Assembly: GCA_017474385.1 (NCBI GenBank)
Contig: JAFVHU010000146.1
Coordinates: 10,844 to 74,843 of the forward strand
Source: Afipia sp.
Lineage (GTDB): Bacteria > Pseudomonadota > Alphaproteobacteria > Rhizobiales > Xanthobacteraceae
DNA length: 64,000 nucleotides
Direction: 5' to 3'
Of the stretch, positions 48,043 through 59,156 are shown piece after piece. The notes under the pieces were generated by a model, which saw only the letters and a program-made list of their open reading frames with translations, had not been told where the DNA came from and searched no databases. Both the position numbers and the translations under genes were made by a program. Numbering within the stretch: position 1 is the first letter of the stretch; each line of letters starts with the position of its first letter.

Positions 48043-49257
48043 GTGAGCGAACCTCTTGTCATCATTGGCAACGGAATGGCCGCCGCTCGCTTCGTCGAGG
48101 AAATGGCGAAGCGCGCACTTGGCCGTTACGCGATTGCTGTGATTGGCGACGAGCCGAGGCTCGCCTATAACCGCGTGCTGCTGTCGTCGGTCTTGGCGGG
48201 CGAGACCACGTCGCAGGAGATCGAGCTGCGGTCGGCGTCATGGTGGCGCGACCGTGGCGTGACGCTGACCTACGGCTGCGCGGCCAATTCGATCGACCTG
48301 AATGACCGCACGATCCATCTGGCGAACGGCGCAGCCGTTCCATTCTCGAAGGTTGTCATCGCCACCGGCTCGACCGCCATTCGGCTCAACGTCCCCGGCG
48401 CGGACCTGCCGGGCGTCCATACGTTCCGTGACAGCCGAGACGTCGATCTGCTGCTGAAACTCGCGCGTGAGAAAAAGCGCGTCGTGGTGGTCGGCGGCGG
48501 ATTGCTCGGCCTTGAAGCCGCCTATGGCCTCGCTAAGGCCGGCTCCAAAGTGACGCTGCTGCATCTGATGGACCGCCTGATGGAGCGGCAGCTCGATGCG
48601 CCGGCAGCGGCGCTGCTGAAGAGGCTGGTGGAGAACAAGGGTATTGAGGTTCTCCTTGGCGCCAACACCAAGCAGATCCTCGGCGAAGACACGACGCAGG
48701 GCGTCGAACTGTCGGATGGGCGGATGATCGCCGCCGACGCCGTGGTCTTCGCCGCAGGCATCCGGCCGAACGTCGCGCTGGCGAAAAATGCCGGTGTGCC
48801 AGTCAACCGCGGCATCGTGGTCGACGATCAGTTGCGGACCGGTCATGCGGATGTGTTCGCGCTCGGCGAATGTGCCGAGCATCGCGGCACATGCTACGGG
48901 CTTGTCGAGCCCGCCTATGAGCAGGCGCGCGTGCTGGCTGATCATCTTGCAGGGCGTCCGGCGCAGTACGATGGCAGCGTCGTTTCCACGAATCTCAAAG
49001 TCTCGGGCGTCAGCGTGTTTTCCGCTGGCGATTTCCTCGGTGAAACCGACACCGACACGCTTGTGTTCAATGATGAACGGCGTGGCACTTACAAGAAACT
49101 TGTGGTGGCCGATGGCCGCCTCAAGGGAGCGGTCTTGGTTGGCGATACGCAGGACGCGCTCTGGTACCTCGAACTGATCAGGACAACGGCGTCCATCGAA
49201 GCGATCCGCGGCGACATGATGTTTGGCCGCGCCCTCGCACAACCGAAGGCCGCATGA
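48043..49257 (+). CDS. NAD(P)H/FAD oxidoreductase (NirB N-terminal-like, no siroheme domain)
   Basis: IGNGMAA, YNRVLLS, GGGLLGLE, GECAEH; ends at 404 aa. Confidence 0.88.
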   Translation: MSEPLVIIGNGMAAARFVEEMAKRALGRYAIAVIGDEPRLAYNRVLLSSVLAGETTSQEIELRSASWWRDRGVTLTYGCAANSIDLNDRTIHLANGAAVPFSKVVIATGSTAIRLNVPGADLPGVHTFRDSRDVDLLLKLAREKKRVVVVGGGLLGLEAAYGLAKAGSKVTLLHLMDRLMERQLDAPAAALLKRLVENKGIEVLLGANTKQILGEDTTQGVELSDGRMIAADAVVFAAGIRPNVALAKNAGVPVNRGIVVDDQLRTGHADVFALGECAEHRGTCYGLVEPAYEQARVLADHLAGRPAQYDGSVVSTNLKVSGVSVFSAGDFLGETDTDTLVFNDERRGTYKKLVVADGRLKGAVLVGDTQDALWYLELIRTTASIEAIRGDMMFGRALAQPKAA

Positions 49258-49260
49258 GAT

Positions 49261-51018
49261 ATGTCCAGCGACTTTTCTCCGGACCAGAAGCGATATCTCG
49301 AAGGATTCGTATCGGGGCTTTCTGCCTCGCGCGTTGCGCGCACCACCGCGCCGGCGAAGTCCGAGCCGGTCGGTCCTGACGCCATTCACTTCAAGGCGCA
49401 GGACCGCACGGTTGCGGCGGGGGGCAAGCTCAACGATCAGGAGAAGTTCAAGCGCGACGAGCATCCGTTCGATGCCTATCCGCGACTGGTCAAGCAGGCG
49501 GAGAACAACGAAGCGCCGAAGCCGCAGGACAATTTCCGCTGGCGCTATTACGGTATCTTCTATGTCGCGCCGACGCAGGCGTCTTACATGTGCCGTCTTC
49601 GTATTCCGAACGGCATCCTCAAGCACTGGCAGTTTGCAGGCGTCGCGGACCTCGCAGAGAATTTCGCCGGACCCTATGCACATGTGACGACACGCGCCAA
49701 TCTCCAGCTTCGCGAGATCGAACCGAAGAACGCAATCAACTTCATCGAAGGACTTCAGGATCTCGGGCTGTGCTCGCGCGGCTCCGGCGCCGACAACATC
49801 CGCAATGTCACGGGCACATCGACCGCGGGCATTGATCCGCAGGAAATCCTCGATACGCGGCGCTATGCCCGCGAATGGCATTTTCATATTCTCAATGACC
49901 GCTCGCTATACGGCCTGCCGCGCAAGTTCAACGTGGCGTTCGACGGAGCAGGGCGCATCGCTACGCTCGAGGAAACCAACGACATTGCCTTTCAAGCTGT
50001 CGAAGTGCTCGAGGGCCATGGTGTTGAACCGGGCATTTACTTCCGGCTGGCGCTGGGCGGCATCACCGGCCACAAGGACTTCGCCCGCGATACCGGCGTT
50101 ATCCTGAAGCCGCAGGAAGCGACCGATGTTGCCGACAAGATCGTGCGCGTCTTTATCGAGAACGGCGATCGGACCAACCGCAACAAGGCGCGGCTGAAAT
50201 ACGTTCTCGACTCATGGGGCTTCGACAAGTTTCTTGTCGCCGTGGAGGAGAAGCTGGGCCGCAAGCTGGCGCGTGTCCCGGCAGAGGCCATTGCACCGCG
50301 CCCGGCCTATGACCGTTTCGCGCATATCGGCGTGCATCCGCAGAAGCAGACCGGCCTCAATTGGATCGGCGTGGCGCTGAAGCTCGGCCGCTTGTCCCCG
50401 GAGCAGATCCGCGGACTAGCCAAACTCGCCGCCGATTTCGGCGACGGCGATATCCGCCTCACGGTCTGGCAGAACCTGTTGATATCGGGCGTCGCCGATG
50501 CAAACGTCAAGACCGTCACCGCCGCCATCGAGGCGCTGGGTCTTGCGACGACAACGTCGGCGCTCCGCGCGGGACTGATCGCCTGTACAGGCGCCACGGG
50601 TTGCCGGTTCGCGGCCGCTCACACCAAGGAGAATGCCGACGAGATCGCAGCCTGGTGCGAGGAGCGGGTGCCGCTGGAGACGCCGGTGAACATTCATCTC
50701 ACCGGATGTCATCATTCCTGCGCCCAGCATTACATCGGAGACATCGGCCTGATCGGTGCACGCGTTCCGATCAATGACGATGGCGACACCGTCGACGGTT
50801 ATCATCTACTTGTCGGCGGCGGGTTCGGCACAGAAGCGACGATGGGGCGCGAGCTGTTCCAGAACGTGAAGGCCGAAGACGCGCCGCGCACCGTCGAACG
50901 CGTGCTGAAAGCCTATGTCGCCAATCGCGCATCGGAGGATGAAACCTTTATTGCTTTTGCCAAGCGAACCGAGATCGACGCCCTCAAGCGCATGACTGAA
51001 ATGGAGTTGGTGGGATGA
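49261..51018 (+). CDS. nirA: Ferredoxin-type siroheme nitrite reductase
   Basis: TTRANLQ, LPRKFN, ACTGATGC, TGCHHSC. Confidence 0.9.
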   Translation: MSSDFSPDQKRYLEGFVSGLSASRVARTTAPAKSEPVGPDAIHFKAQDRTVAAGGKLNDQEKFKRDEHPFDAYPRLVKQAENNEAPKPQDNFRWRYYGIFYVAPTQASYMCRLRIPNGILKHWQFAGVADLAENFAGPYAHVTTRANLQLREIEPKNAINFIEGLQDLGLCSRGSGADNIRNVTGTSTAGIDPQEILDTRRYAREWHFHILNDRSLYGLPRKFNVAFDGAGRIATLEETNDIAFQAVEVLEGHGVEPGIYFRLALGGITGHKDFARDTGVILKPQEATDVADKIVRVFIENGDRTNRNKARLKYVLDSWGFDKFLVAVEEKLGRKLARVPAEAIAPRPAYDRFAHIGVHPQKQTGLNWIGVALKLGRLSPEQIRGLAKLAADFGDGDIRLTVWQNLLISGVADANVKTVTAAIEALGLATTTSALRAGLIACTGATGCRFAAAHTKENADEIAAWCEERVPLETPVNIHLTGCHHSCAQHYIGDIGLIGARVPINDDGDTVDGYHLLVGGGFGTEATMGRELFQNVKAEDAPRTVERVLKAYVANRASEDETFIAFAKRTEIDALKRMTEMELVG

Positions 51019-52616
51019 ACCAGCTTTCTCCAACACCCAACTTCAAGATCATTCCCGAAACCGCGCCATTCTCGCAGGAACAGCGTTCGTGGCTGAATGG
51101 CTTCTTCGCCGGACTGGTATCGCTCGACAACGCAGTGACGCCGCTGTCGCCGGAGCAGGGTGCTGCGGTCATGAAGGGCGACGGTGATGACGGCGAAGCG
51201 CCGTGGCATGACCAGACCTTGCCGATTGCGGAGCGCATGAAACTCGCCGAAGGCCGCCCGATCCGCCGCAAGATGATGGCGGCAATGGCGCAGCAGGACT
51301 GCGGCCAGTGCGGCTACAACTGTCACGATTATTCCGAGGTGATCGCTAACAAGTCCGAGGCCCGACTCAATCTTTGCGTTCCCGGCGGCAAGGAAACCGC
51401 GCGGATGCTCAAGTCCCTTTACGAGGACCTTGAGAAAGCACCTGCCGCATCGACGCCTGCCGCTGCGCCGACTATGCCTGTTGCTGCTGCTCCTGCGGGA
51501 GAGCCCGGCCGTTCGCGCGACAATCCGGTGAACGCCTCGTTTCTGTCGCGCCGTCAGGTCAACAAGCCCGGCTCGGAAAAGGAGACCTGGCATATCGAGT
51601 TCGATCTGTCCGAGGCCGGTCTCGACTATGTCGTCGGCGATTCATTCGGGGTATTCGCCGCCAACGATCTTGGCCTTGTCGACCAGATCATCGCGATGCT
51701 CGGCGCGTCGCACATGATGGAAGTTAGCGGTAAGCCGCTGCGCGAGGTCTTGCTCAACGACGTGTCGCTCTCGCCTGCACCGGACACGTTGTTCGAACTG
51801 ATCTCGTTCGTGACTGGAGGCGCGCAGCGCGAGAAGGCGCGCGCGCTTGCGTCCGGCGACGATCCGGATGGCGATGCCGCCAATCTCGACGTGCTGGCGG
51901 CGTTGCAGAAGTTTTCCGGCGTGCGCCCGCATCCGGAAGCTTTCGTCGAGGCGCTCGAACCATTGCAGCCGCGCTTGTATTCGATCTCGTCGTCGCATAA
52001 CGCCACGCCGGGCAAGCTGTCGCTGACCGTCGATGCGGTGCGCTATGTGATCGGCAAGCGCAAGCGGCTTGGGCTGGCATCGACGTTTCTCGCGGAACGG
52101 ATCAATCCCGGCGAACAGCTTGGCGTCTACGTTCAGAAGGCGCATGGTTTCGGCCTGCCGCAGGATCCGAACACGCCGATCATCATGATCGGCCCAGGCA
52201 CCGGTATCGCGCCGTTCCGCGCGTTCCTGCACGACCGCCAGGCTACCAAGGCGCCGGGCCGCAACTGGCTGTTCTTCGGACATCAGCGCAGCGCGTACGA
52301 CTTCTTCTATTCGGACGAACTGAACGCGATGAAGACATCCGGCCTGCTGACGCGTCTGTCGCTGGCATGGTCACGCGACGGCACGGAGAAGTTCTACGTG
52401 CAGGACCGCATGCGCGAGGTCGGCCGCGAGTTGTGGAACTGGCTCGCCGACGGCGCGCACGTTTACGTCTGCGGTGACGCCAAGCGGATGGCCAAGGATG
52501 TCGAGCGCGCACTGGTGGACATCACGGCCCAGTTCGGCGCCCGGTCGACCGACGAAGCAATCGCGTTCGTAGCCGATCTGAAGAAGAAGGGCCGCTACCA
52601 GCAGGACGTCTATTGA
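51015..52616 (+). CDS. Fe-S / FAD / NAD(P)H flavoprotein (CysJ-like, Fe-S domain in place of flavodoxin)
   Basis: DCGQCGYNC...CVPGG, RLYSISS, GPGTGIAPF, C-terminal YQQDVY. Confidence 0.88.
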   Translation: MNQLSPTPNFKIIPETAPFSQEQRSWLNGFFAGLVSLDNAVTPLSPEQGAAVMKGDGDDGEAPWHDQTLPIAERMKLAEGRPIRRKMMAAMAQQDCGQCGYNCHDYSEVIANKSEARLNLCVPGGKETARMLKSLYEDLEKAPAASTPAAAPTMPVAAAPAGEPGRSRDNPVNASFLSRRQVNKPGSEKETWHIEFDLSEAGLDYVVGDSFGVFAANDLGLVDQIIAMLGASHMMEVSGKPLREVLLNDVSLSPAPDTLFELISFVTGGAQREKARALASGDDPDGDAANLDVLAALQKFSGVRPHPEAFVEALEPLQPRLYSISSSHNATPGKLSLTVDAVRYVIGKRKRLGLASTFLAERINPGEQLGVYVQKAHGFGLPQDPNTPIIMIGPGTGIAPFRAFLHDRQATKAPGRNWLFFGHQRSAYDFFYSDELNAMKTSGLLTRLSLAWSRDGTEKFYVQDRMREVGRELWNWLADGAHVYVCGDAKRMAKDVERALVDITAQFGARSTDEAIAFVADLKKKGRYQQDVY

Positions 52617-52799
52617 TGCGGGAAGGGCGCAAATCGCCGGTTTCACCGGAGGCGGTTCGTTCTCCGCAGGGGTCGTGGGGAGGATATTTCTCTCTCCCGA
52701 CACGGGCGGGGGCAACTTTATCGTCTTTTCTCGGCTCGCCTTGTAAGTCGCTGACGAAGCTATTCAATATCGTGTCACGTGATCGATTGGAGATCGGCG

Positions 52800-52952
52800 A
52801 TGCGCGATGTTGTCTCTGGAATAGAAGCCCATGCCCGGGCGACCTCCGCCCAGGCGGAGCCGGAAGATCGCGTTCATACGCTCGCCGTCTACGGCGCCTT
52901 CGCGCTGATCGCGGCCATCGTGTTCGGCACGCTCTCTTACCATCCGTTCTGA
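52800..52952 (+). CDS. 50-aa single-TM microprotein inside the nitrate operon
   Basis: GGAG 7 nt before ATG; MRDVVSGIEAHARATSAQAEPEDRVHTLAVYGAFALIAAIVFGTLSYHPF. Confidence 0.6.
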   Translation: MRDVVSGIEAHARATSAQAEPEDRVHTLAVYGAFALIAAIVFGTLSYHPF

Positions 52953-52983
52953 CCTCTGATCCGTTTGTCGTGCGGGGAACCGC

Positions 52984-55689
52984 ATGACGAACGTCGATCC
53001 GTCTCTCGCTCCCACAAAGACCACCTGTCCTTATTGCGGCGTCGGCTGCGGCGTCATCGCGACACCGGACGGCAAAGGCGGCGCGGCCATCGCGGGCGAT
53101 CCGGAGCATCCCGCCAATTTCGGGCGGCTGTGCTCCAAGGGCTCGGCGCTCGGCGAGACGCTGGGCCTGGGCGACCGATTACTGAATCCCATGATCCGCT
53201 GCTCGAACGGCAAGTTCGAACAGGTGGCCTGGAGCGATGCACTCGATCACGTCGCGAACCGGCTTCAATATATCATCGCAAAGCATGGGCCGGGCTCGGT
53301 CGGCTTCTATCTGTCGGGTCAGTTGCTGACGGAGGATTACTACGTCGCCAACAAGCTGATGAAGGGCTTCATCGGCACGGCGAATGTCGACACCAACTCG
53401 CGGCTCTGTATGTCCTCCTCGGTCGCCGGTCACCGCCGTGCGTTCGGCTCGGACACTGTGCCGGGCTGCTATGAGGATCTCGATCAGGCCGACCTGCTGG
53501 TGCTGGTTGGATCGAATGCGGCATGGTGTCATCCGATCCTGTTTCAGCGGATGATCGCCAACAAGCAGAAGCGCGGCGCGCGCATTGTGGTGATCGATCC
53601 GCGGCAGACCGAGACGTCGGGCGACGCCGATCTGTTTCTCGGCCTCAAGCCCGGCACCGATACAGCGCTGTTCAGCGGGTTGCTGACTTATCTCGCGGAC
53701 AACGGTGCGCTCGATCATGCGTATATCGACGAGCATACAAGCGGTTTTGTAGAAGGCTTGGCGAAGGCGCGCAGCATTGCCGGCAGCGTTGCCGCGACTG
53801 CACTGGCGACGGGATTGTCTGAATCCGACGTCGCGGCGTTCTTCCAGATGTTTGCGAGAACGCAGCGTGTAGTGACGCTCTACTCGCAGGGGGTCAATCA
53901 GTCGGCGCAGGGCACCGACAAGGTCAACGCCATCATCAACTGCCATCTCGCGACCGGACGCATCGGCAAGCCGGGTGCCTCGCCGTTCTCGCTGACCGGG
54001 CAGCCGAATGCCATGGGGGGGCGCGAAGTCGGCGGCCTCTCCAATCAGCTTGCGGCGCATATGAGTTTCACGCCGCCGGACATCGACCGCGTGCGCCGGT
54101 TCTGGAAGGCGCCGCACATCGCCACCCATGAGGGCCTGAAGGCCGTCCAGATGTTTCAGGCCATCGGGCGCGGGGAGATCAAGGCGCTGTGGGTGATGGG
54201 CACCAATCCCGCTGTGTCGCTGCCGAATGCGGATGCCGTGCGCGCGGCGATGCGCAAGCTCGATCTGCTGGTGATCTCGGAGAATGTGCAGTCCAACGAC
54301 AGCGTCAATTCCGGCGCGCATGTTCTGCTGCCCGCGCACGCTTGGGGCGAGAAGTCTGGCACTGTGACGAATTCTGAGCGACGTATCTCCCGCCAGCGCG
54401 CGTTCCTCCCGCCGCCCGGACAGGCGAAGGCGGATTGGTGGATCATGAGCGAGGTCGCCGGGCGTCTCGGTTACGCTGCGGCATTCGCCTACAACTCCGC
54501 AGCCGACATCTTCCGCGAGCACGCCGAACTGTCAGCATTCGAAAATCACGGCAGCCGCGATTTCGACATCGGGGCGATGGCATCTGTTGCCGACGGCGAA
54601 TTCGACGCGATGCCGTCATTCATGTGGCCGGTCGCAAAGGGCACGACAGAACCGCAGTCGCGTTTCTTCGCCGAGGGCGGATATTTCACGCCGGATCGCA
54701 AAGGACACTTCATCGCCCCCGACGTGCCGATGCTTCGCGGGGAAACCTCCGCGGCGCGCCCATTGAGGCTCAACACCGGACGCATCCGCGACCAGTGGCA
54801 CACCATGACGCGTACCGGTCTTAGTCCGCGCCTCGGCCAGCATCTGCCCGAACCGTACGTCGAGATTCATCCGGTTGATGCCGCGCAAGCGGACATTGTC
54901 GACGGAGGCTACGCGCGGCTCGCGACCGATCTCGGTCAGTGCATTCTGAAAGTTGTCATCAGTGAGCGTCAGCAGCGCGGCATGCTGTTCGCGCCGATCC
55001 ACTGGAGCGAGGAAAATTCCGCATCGGGACGGATAGGGGCGCTGGTCGCACCGTTCACCGATCCGTTCTCGGGTCAGCCGGAAAACAAGGCGACGCCTGT
55101 CGCCATCGAGGCCGTCGCGTTCGCGCAACGCGGTTTCGTGCTGTCGCGCAAGCCGATGTCGTTTTCGAAAGGTGTATGGTGGTCGCGCGTGGCGGTCACG
55201 GGCGGCTATGGCTATCTGATCGCCAGCAATCTCGATCTCTCGTCCTGGGCAACCTTTCTGTCGCCGCAGGGCGAAGCTGAACACATTGCCGAGTATGAAG
55301 ACGCCGCCCACGGCGTCTATCGCGCGGCGCAGTTCTCGGGTGACACGCTGGAGGCCTGCGTGTTCGTCGGTCCGGCGGAATCTTCACCCAACTGGGACGC
55401 GGTGAAAGCGGCATTCGCTGCCGAGATTATCAGCGACGAACAGCGCCGGCTGCTGCTGTCGGGCAAATCCGCCGATGGCGTAGCGAACGACGGTCCCGTG
55501 GTCTGCGCGTGTTTCGGCGTCGGACGCAATGCGATCTGCGGCGCAATTGCGGAAGGCTCACGCACTGCTGCGGAGATCGGCGCGAAACTCAAGGCCGGTA
55601 CCAATTGCGGATCGTGTATTCCGGAACTGAAGCGGCTGATTGCACAGATGGACGTCGCGCAACCGATGGAAGCTAGCGCCGCGAGCTGA
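52984..55689 (+). CDS. nasA: Assimilatory nitrate reductase catalytic subunit
   Basis: [27 protein letters not shown]-terminal BFD-like CAC...CGSC. Confidence 0.95.
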   Translation: MTNVDPSLAPTKTTCPYCGVGCGVIATPDGKGGAAIAGDPEHPANFGRLCSKGSALGETLGLGDRLLNPMIRCSNGKFEQVAWSDALDHVANRLQYIIAKHGPGSVGFYLSGQLLTEDYYVANKLMKGFIGTANVDTNSRLCMSSSVAGHRRAFGSDTVPGCYEDLDQADLLVLVGSNAAWCHPILFQRMIANKQKRGARIVVIDPRQTETSGDADLFLGLKPGTDTALFSGLLTYLADNGALDHAYIDEHTSGFVEGLAKARSIAGSVAATALATGLSESDVAAFFQMFARTQRVVTLYSQGVNQSAQGTDKVNAIINCHLATGRIGKPGASPFSLTGQPNAMGGREVGGLSNQLAAHMSFTPPDIDRVRRFWKAPHIATHEGLKAVQMFQAIGRGEIKALWVMGTNPAVSLPNADAVRAAMRKLDLLVISENVQSNDSVNSGAHVLLPAHAWGEKSGTVTNSERRISRQRAFLPPPGQAKADWWIMSEVAGRLGYAAAFAYNSAADIFREHAELSAFENHGSRDFDIGAMASVADGEFDAMPSFMWPVAKGTTEPQSRFFAEGGYFTPDRKGHFIAPDVPMLRGETSAARPLRLNTGRIRDQWHTMTRTGLSPRLGQHLPEPYVEIHPVDAAQADIVDGGYARLATDLGQCILKVVISERQQRGMLFAPIHWSEENSASGRIGALVAPFTDPFSGQPENKATPVAIEAVAFAQRGFVLSRKPMSFSKGVWWSRVAVTGGYGYLIASNLDLSSWATFLSPQGEAEHIAEYEDAAHGVYRAAQFSGDTLEACVFVGPAESSPNWDAVKAAFAAEIISDEQRRLLLSGKSADGVANDGPVVCACFGVGRNAICGAIAEGSRTAAEIGAKLKAGTNCGSCIPELKRLIAQMDVAQPMEASAAS

Positions 55690-56440
55690 ATGGCGCGACG
55701 GTGATGCCGCTGCTTTCGAGCGCCGTGCGCACCTTGCGTGCGATGTCGACCGCACCCGGCGTGTCGCCGTGAATGCAGACGGTGTCGATCTTCACCGGAA
55801 TGATCTTTCCGGACGCAGCGGTAATGGCGTTGTCCTGAACCATACGGACCACACGCTGCGCGATCTGACCGCCGTCATGGAGCACCGATCCCGCTTTGCC
55901 GCGCGCCACCAGTTGCGCATCGTCCTCATAGGCGCGGTCGGCGAACACCTCATAGATCAGCTTCAGTCCCGCTGCCTCGCCGGCGCGGACCAGCGCCGTA
56001 TTTGGCAGCACGACAAAATACAGGTTTGGATCGACGGCTCTGATGGCAGCGGCAATGGCACGCGCGGTCATGTCGTCGGCGCAAGCGACATTCGACAGTG
56101 CGCCGTGCGCCTTGACGTGGGTGACCTTGTGACCGGCCAGTGCAGCGACCGCCTGCAACGCCCCGATCTGGTAGGCGACCATGGTTTCGATCTCGGACGA
56201 TTTCAGTCCGGGGACCGGCCGCCGCCCGAAGCCGTGCAGGTCGCGATAGCCGGGATGCGCGCCGATGCTGACACCGCGCTCCTTCGCCAGCTTCGCGGTC
56301 TTCAGCATGATGTCGGAGTCGCCGGCATGAAAGCCGCAGGCGACGTTGACGCTGCTGGCGAGGCCGAGCATCGCATCGTCGTTGCCCATGTCCCACGCGC
56401 CGAAGCCTTCGCCGAGATCGCTGTTGAGATCGATGGTCAT
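55673..56440 (-). CDS. pxpA: 5-oxoprolinase subunit A (LamB/YcsF)
   Basis: [24 protein letters not shown]. Confidence 0.93.
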   Translation of the reverse strand: MTIDLNSDLGEGFGAWDMGNDDAMLGLASSVNVACGFHAGDSDIMLKTAKLAKERGVSIGAHPGYRDLHGFGRRPVPGLKSSEIETMVAYQIGALQAVAALAGHKVTHVKAHGALSNVACADDMTARAIAAAIRAVDPNLYFVVLPNTALVRAGEAAGLKLIYEVFADRAYEDDAQLVARGKAGSVLHDGGQIAQRVVRMVQDNAITAASGKIIPVKIDTVCIHGDTPGAVDIARKVRTALESSGITVAPFSSRR

Positions 56441-56458
56441 GGTAAGCCTCGCGCGAGT

Positions 56459-57472
56459 TTAAGGTTCGTCGATCGCGTTCACCGCAACGCCGGCAACATT
56501 GGCCTTTTGCAGTTCGACAAGATTAAGGCTTGAGCCGCCCGCGATGTGAATGCAGCCGGGGAGTGCCTGAATGAATTCGGCCAACTTCCGCGCCTCGCTC
56601 TGAGCTTCTTCAACATTGATGGCCTTGAAGCGGATCATCGCGCCCGATTGCATCTGCGCGAACCGTCCAAGGTCAGCGCTGATGACCGTCGCAATCTTGG
56701 GATATCCGCCGGTCGTGCCGTGATCCGCCATCAGCACGATGGGCTGACCGTTGCCGGGCACCTGGATGCTGCCATGTACCGCGCCGTCAGAAACAATGTT
56801 GTGTCCGCCGGGGTGAACAACCTTCGGGCCTTCGAGCCGATAGCCCATGCGGTCGCTGGTGACCGAGATACGCCACTCGCTGTTGAGAAACACATCGCAG
56901 GCCGCGCCGAACTCGTCGTCCTGCGGCCCCATGACAACGCGGATCGGTGTCAGCGGCTGATCGAAGGTATCCAGCGCGCGCTCATGAGGCGCGACCAGCG
57001 CTGTCCCGACGTCGAGTGCATCGCCAACTTGCAAAGGTCGGGGGAAGGGACTGCCAAGATCGGCCCGCGCGTTGACCGACAGGCTTCCGAACACGGGTTC
57101 ACCCGCAATCCCGCCCTCGACGGCGAGATAGCTGAACACGCCGTTGCGCGCGGCGCCAAGCTTGAGCGTTTCGCCCTCCGCGATCAGCGCGGTTTCATTC
57201 ATGAGCAACAGCGAGCCTGCAATGTCCGCAACACGAGCAGCGCCTGATAGCGCGATGCGAACCGCGCCATCACGCGCCGTGAATGCGGTCCCGAATGGTC
57301 CGATCTCAATGGCGGCGGCTAGCGGAGAATTCCCCGTAAGAGCGTTGGCCATCGCCAGCGACACGCGGTCCATCGCGCCGCTGGTGGTGAGGCCATAGCG
57401 CTGCGCGCCAAAACGACCGGCATCCTGAACCGAGGTCGCGGGCCCGGTTGTGACGACGACGAGCTTGCTCAT
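56459..57472 (-). CDS. pxpC: 5-oxoprolinase subunit C
   Basis: VQDAGR, SDRMGYRL, TTGGYPKI. Confidence 0.92.
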   Translation of the reverse strand: MSKLVVVTTGPATSVQDAGRFGAQRYGLTTSGAMDRVSLAMANALTGNSPLAAAIEIGPFGTAFTARDGAVRIALSGAARVADIAGSLLLMNETALIAEGETLKLGAARNGVFSYLAVEGGIAGEPVFGSLSVNARADLGSPFPRPLQVGDALDVGTALVAPHERALDTFDQPLTPIRVVMGPQDDEFGAACDVFLNSEWRISVTSDRMGYRLEGPKVVHPGGHNIVSDGAVHGSIQVPGNGQPIVLMADHGTTGGYPKIATVISADLGRFAQMQSGAMIRFKAINVEEAQSEARKLAEFIQALPGCIHIAGGSSLNLVELQKANVAGVAVNAIDEP

Positions 57473-58206
57473 GACGCGATCAATTCGGCGACGGCCTCGC
57501 CGCGTTCGGCGGCGCGATCGAGCGAAGCAAACTCACTGGCCGCGATGGCGTGGAAGGTGACGGCATCGCCGGGTTCCATCAGGAACACTGGATCGCGATG
57601 CGGATGAAAGGTGCGGACCGGCGTTCGCCCCAGCAAATGCCAGCCGCTCGGCGCGGCGAGACATTGCACGCAAGCTTGTACGCCGCCGATGGAAATGGTG
57701 CCGGGCGGTGTTTCGGTTCGCGGATTCTCACGGCGCGGGGTGGCAATGGCAGGATCGAGGCCGCTCAGATAGGCAAAGCCGGGCGTGAAGCCGATCATCG
57801 CGACGCGATAGTCGCCACTGGTATGTTTCGCGATGACCTCAGCAGTCGAGATGCTGTGCACGCGCGCGACGTCGTCGAGGTCGACGCCATATTCGCCGCC
57901 ATAGACCACCGGCACGCGCCAGCGCCGGATGCTGGTTTGCGCGGGAACGGGCCGCTCCGCGAGCGCCACCAGCTTTCCCGATAATGTCGCGAAGTCGACC
58001 AGCAATGGATCGTAGTGAACCAGCAGCGAACGATAGGTCGGAACGGTCTCCAGGACACCGGCAACGGCCTCGCTCGCGACTTCGCGATCGAGTGCCAGAA
58101 CTTGCCGGTTGACGGCCGGATCGATGCTGCGGCCGAATTCGACCGCCAGGGCAGTATCTCCAGACGGGAGGATGCGGGGCGGGGCGGTCATCGATGGGCC
58201 GGACAT
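57469..58206 (-). CDS. pxpB: 5-oxoprolinase subunit B
   Basis: VPTYRSLLV, IGFTPGFAYL, PSGWHLLGRT. Confidence 0.92.
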   Translation of the reverse strand: MSGPSMTAPPRILPSGDTALAVEFGRSIDPAVNRQVLALDREVASEAVAGVLETVPTYRSLLVHYDPLLVDFATLSGKLVALAERPVPAQTSIRRWRVPVVYGGEYGVDLDDVARVHSISTAEVIAKHTSGDYRVAMIGFTPGFAYLSGLDPAIATPRRENPRTETPPGTISIGGVQACVQCLAAPSGWHLLGRTPVRTFHPHRDPVFLMEPGDAVTFHAIAASEFASLDRAAERGEAVAELIAS

Positions 58207-58369
58207 CTCAAGATGGACCGCCTTTTGTCCGATACTCCTGCTTAAATGGCAAATAAGTTGGCGTTATCGCAACACATAAGCGGACATTACCGGTCACGCG
58301 ATTGTCGTCTTGACGCGATGCCGTGCTTTCGCAAAAAGGCTTGGCACACCACACCCGGAGTCCTCCCAT

Positions 58370-59074
58370 ATGTCGCTCTCGCCCGAAGCCATCGCAACGC
58401 TCAAGAAGATCACCACCGCCACCATCACGACCATCCTTCTCAAGAAGGGGCTCCGCAACATCTGGCTGCGCGGGTCGCGTCCGTTGCGTCCGGGGCAGGA
58501 GCGGCTGGTCGGTCCGGCATTCACGTTGCGCTTCGTGCCCGCGCGGGAAGATCTCGCGACGCCTGAATCGTGGTCGAAGCCGATTTCGACCCGTACCGCC
58601 ATCGAGGCGATGCCGGCGGGCTGCATCGCCGTTGTCGATGCGATGGGCATCACGGATGCAGGCATCTTCGGCGACATTCTGTGCGCGCGGATGGCGAAGC
58701 GCGGCGTTACAGCGCTGGTGACGGATGGCGTGGTGCGCGATGTTGAGGGCGTGCTCGGTACCGGCCTGCCGGTGTGGTGCGACGGCGCGGCTGCGCCGCC
58801 GTCTGTTGCCGGATTGACGTTCGTCAATTGGGGCGAGCCGATCGGCTGCGGCGGAGTTGCCGTGTTTCCCGATGACGTGATCGTGGCCGATCAGGACGGC
58901 GCGGTGCTGATCCCGCAGGCATTCCTCGAACTCATCCTGACGGAAGGTCCGGAGCAGGAGGCGATGGAAGGCTGGATCGTCAACGAGGTCAACAACGGCG
59001 CGGAACTGCCCGGCCTCTATCCGATGAATGCCGAGACCAAGGCGCGTTACGCCGCCTCCAAGACGAAGAAGTAA
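58370..59074 (+). CDS. RraA-like / HMG aldolase family protein
   Basis: GIFGDIL, DGVVRD, IVADQDGAV. Confidence 0.88.
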   Translation: MSLSPEAIATLKKITTATITTILLKKGLRNIWLRGSRPLRPGQERLVGPAFTLRFVPAREDLATPESWSKPISTRTAIEAMPAGCIAVVDAMGITDAGIFGDILCARMAKRGVTALVTDGVVRDVEGVLGTGLPVWCDGAAAPPSVAGLTFVNWGEPIGCGGVAVFPDDVIVADQDGAVLIPQAFLELILTEGPEQEAMEGWIVNEVNNGAELPGLYPMNAETKARYAASKTKK

Positions 59075-59090
59075 GCACCAGTTCTGTCAG

Positions 59091-59156
59091 GCATGATCTG
59101 GTCCGAAGACCGGTTTGCGTTTTTGCGCAAACGCGGCTCTTCGGTCAGGATCGTGC
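59091..59156. repeat. RIME-like palindromic intergenic unit
   Basis: GCATGATC..CCGAAGA..GTTTGCG..CGCAAAC..TCTTCGG..GATCGTGC nested inverted repeat; overlaps the stop of the 59145 ORF. Confidence 0.7.

Noticed and set aside
52613-52987. 124-aa ORF bridging the flavoprotein gene and nasA
   Set aside because: Arg/Ser-rich with atypical codons; the nested 50-aa ORF has a better RBS and a coherent TM segment
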